A stretch of 62,456 nucleotides of DNA, filler included, from Rhabdomonas costata (taxonomy: Eukaryota), in the NCBI GenBank assembly GCA_019059605.1. It is 39 parts of 39 records of this genome, joined end to end, with 100 filler letters (N's around TTAATTAATTAA, not from the genome) between each part and the next. Parts side by side here need not be neighbours in the genome. Positions count along the whole stretch, not along the records: positions 60,955 to 62,456 come from JAHMHO010014330.1; 38 more parts are not named here. One strand, written 5' to 3'. Position numbers and translations under genes: made by a program. Position 1 is the stretch's first letter, and every line of letters begins with the position of its first letter. The notes beneath the pieces were generated by a model. It was not told the origin of the DNA. It was given only the letters and a program-made list of their open reading frames with translations, and ran no database searches. Below are positions 61,306 through 62,456 of the stretch, one piece after another.

Positions 61306-62456
61306 CTTTGTTGGGAGTCCAGGAGTTGTGAGGGGAGGAAAGGGGAGATGGTTACATTGTCAAGCAGACTGCGAGGAGGGACAATTGTATTTTTGACGGG
61401 GGAGGGGGCGTGAAAAGTCTCGTTCTGAACGCAAGGGTGAAGAACGGTTCCCAGCAAAAGGGATTTTGATTAGTTTAGTTTATTTTTGTTTAGTTTAGGT
61501 GCGAAGGCCAGCGCCGCGGCGGCCGGATGGGCTGGGACGTTCCATGGGGTAGGCGAGGCTCCGTTTAGCACTGCTAAACGTTTAGCGGTGCTAAACGTCC
61601 GAATCACGCACATTTTATGGGATGTTCTTTATAGGACACGGGGGTTAGGTAAATTGTGTCAATTACTTCCAGATACATTTATTTTAGCAAAATGGCGTTA
61701 GGTATACTGTTTTTCTGATCCCGTTGGGTTTTGGAAATCTGTGACCGTTTAGGGGTTCTAATCGTTTAACGCCCCCCCCCCAATACAAGAGGCCCTGCGA
61801 GAACATCCCAGACCCATATGTCTCGCCAGTGCCAGTGCATCGCCCTGCAACCGATGCACTGCGAGACCCAAATTAATGCGGGGGACATTTTATGGCAAGG
61901 AACAGGGGGAGCTGGTATGACCAAACTGAAATTAGGTCAAGAAAAACTCAATTCCGGAGACCTGATTTCTGGAATGCTTGGATTTGGCCAAAATCCATAC
62001 AAGTTTGGAAACACACCCCAAATTCTAAAACGAATGGGATAGCATCACCACATACAAATGCTCCAAAATTTAAAAGCCTCCAAATCCCAAATTGGTAAAA
62101 AGTGTTCGCGTGTTCGTGAAATAAAATGTCCGAGGAGATATATCAGTTCCAGAAGGCACGGAATTTCTTCGAAACCGGATCATGAAAGGTAATATCGATA
62201 TCTGTTCCCAACAACCCAACAACCCGACAACAACAATAAGTGGATTTTTTTTTTTACAAACAAAAACAATTCACGGCACAGCGTCACCACATTTCAGTGA
62301 AATACCCACGTGCAAACGGCACATAGCAAACAGCAAACAACACACAAGGAACAAGAAAGAGATGAAAGTCGGAATGGTGGTACTGAAGACGTGTGCATCT
62401 TTTATCTGCTGCTTTTTTCACGAGGCCACCCTCCCTCCCATTCTCAACATAAAAAA

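Noticed and set aside
1..62456. Gene cluster or operon-like system formed by neighbouring genes
   Set aside because: The contigs are unrelated and ordered by length; adjacency across linkers has no biological meaning.

Overview
This window is not contiguous DNA. It is an artificial pseudo-scaffold of 39 unrelated ~1.5-kb contigs joined by 38 identical 100-nt linkers (N44-TTAATTAATTAA-N44), so gene neighbourhood across linkers means nothing. The source is an intron-rich, flagellated eukaryote. Its splice donors (GTGTG/GTNYG plus apparent GC donors) suggest a euglenozoan or similar protist, but the taxon cannot be fixed from this window. Manual splicing recovers exon fragments of outer-arm dynein heavy chain, MCM2, ZNHIT1/Vps71, an ABCG/PDR transporter, bestrophin, a multi-RRM protein, an adenylyl/guanylyl cyclase, GST, a DFR-like extended SDR, an intradiol dioxygenase, a PLOD-type glycosyltransferase, a SNAP-25-like SNARE, a WD40 protein, an IP3R-like channel and a 39-aa OPR-like helical-repeat protein. 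The rest is intron or intergenic DNA with three dispersed repeat families and decayed retroelement/transposase fragments. The best novelty candidate is a (CA)n-tailed intronic repeat whose long copy carries two CCCH zinc fingers, together with a TSD-flanked 33-bp microsatellite insertion. The striking A/C 3' tails and fold-back duplications at contig ends are most likely library artefacts. I found no CRISPR array, rRNA, tRNA or prokaryotic operon, and no complete novel system can be demonstrated. All protein calls come from motif recognition by eye; no searches were run.
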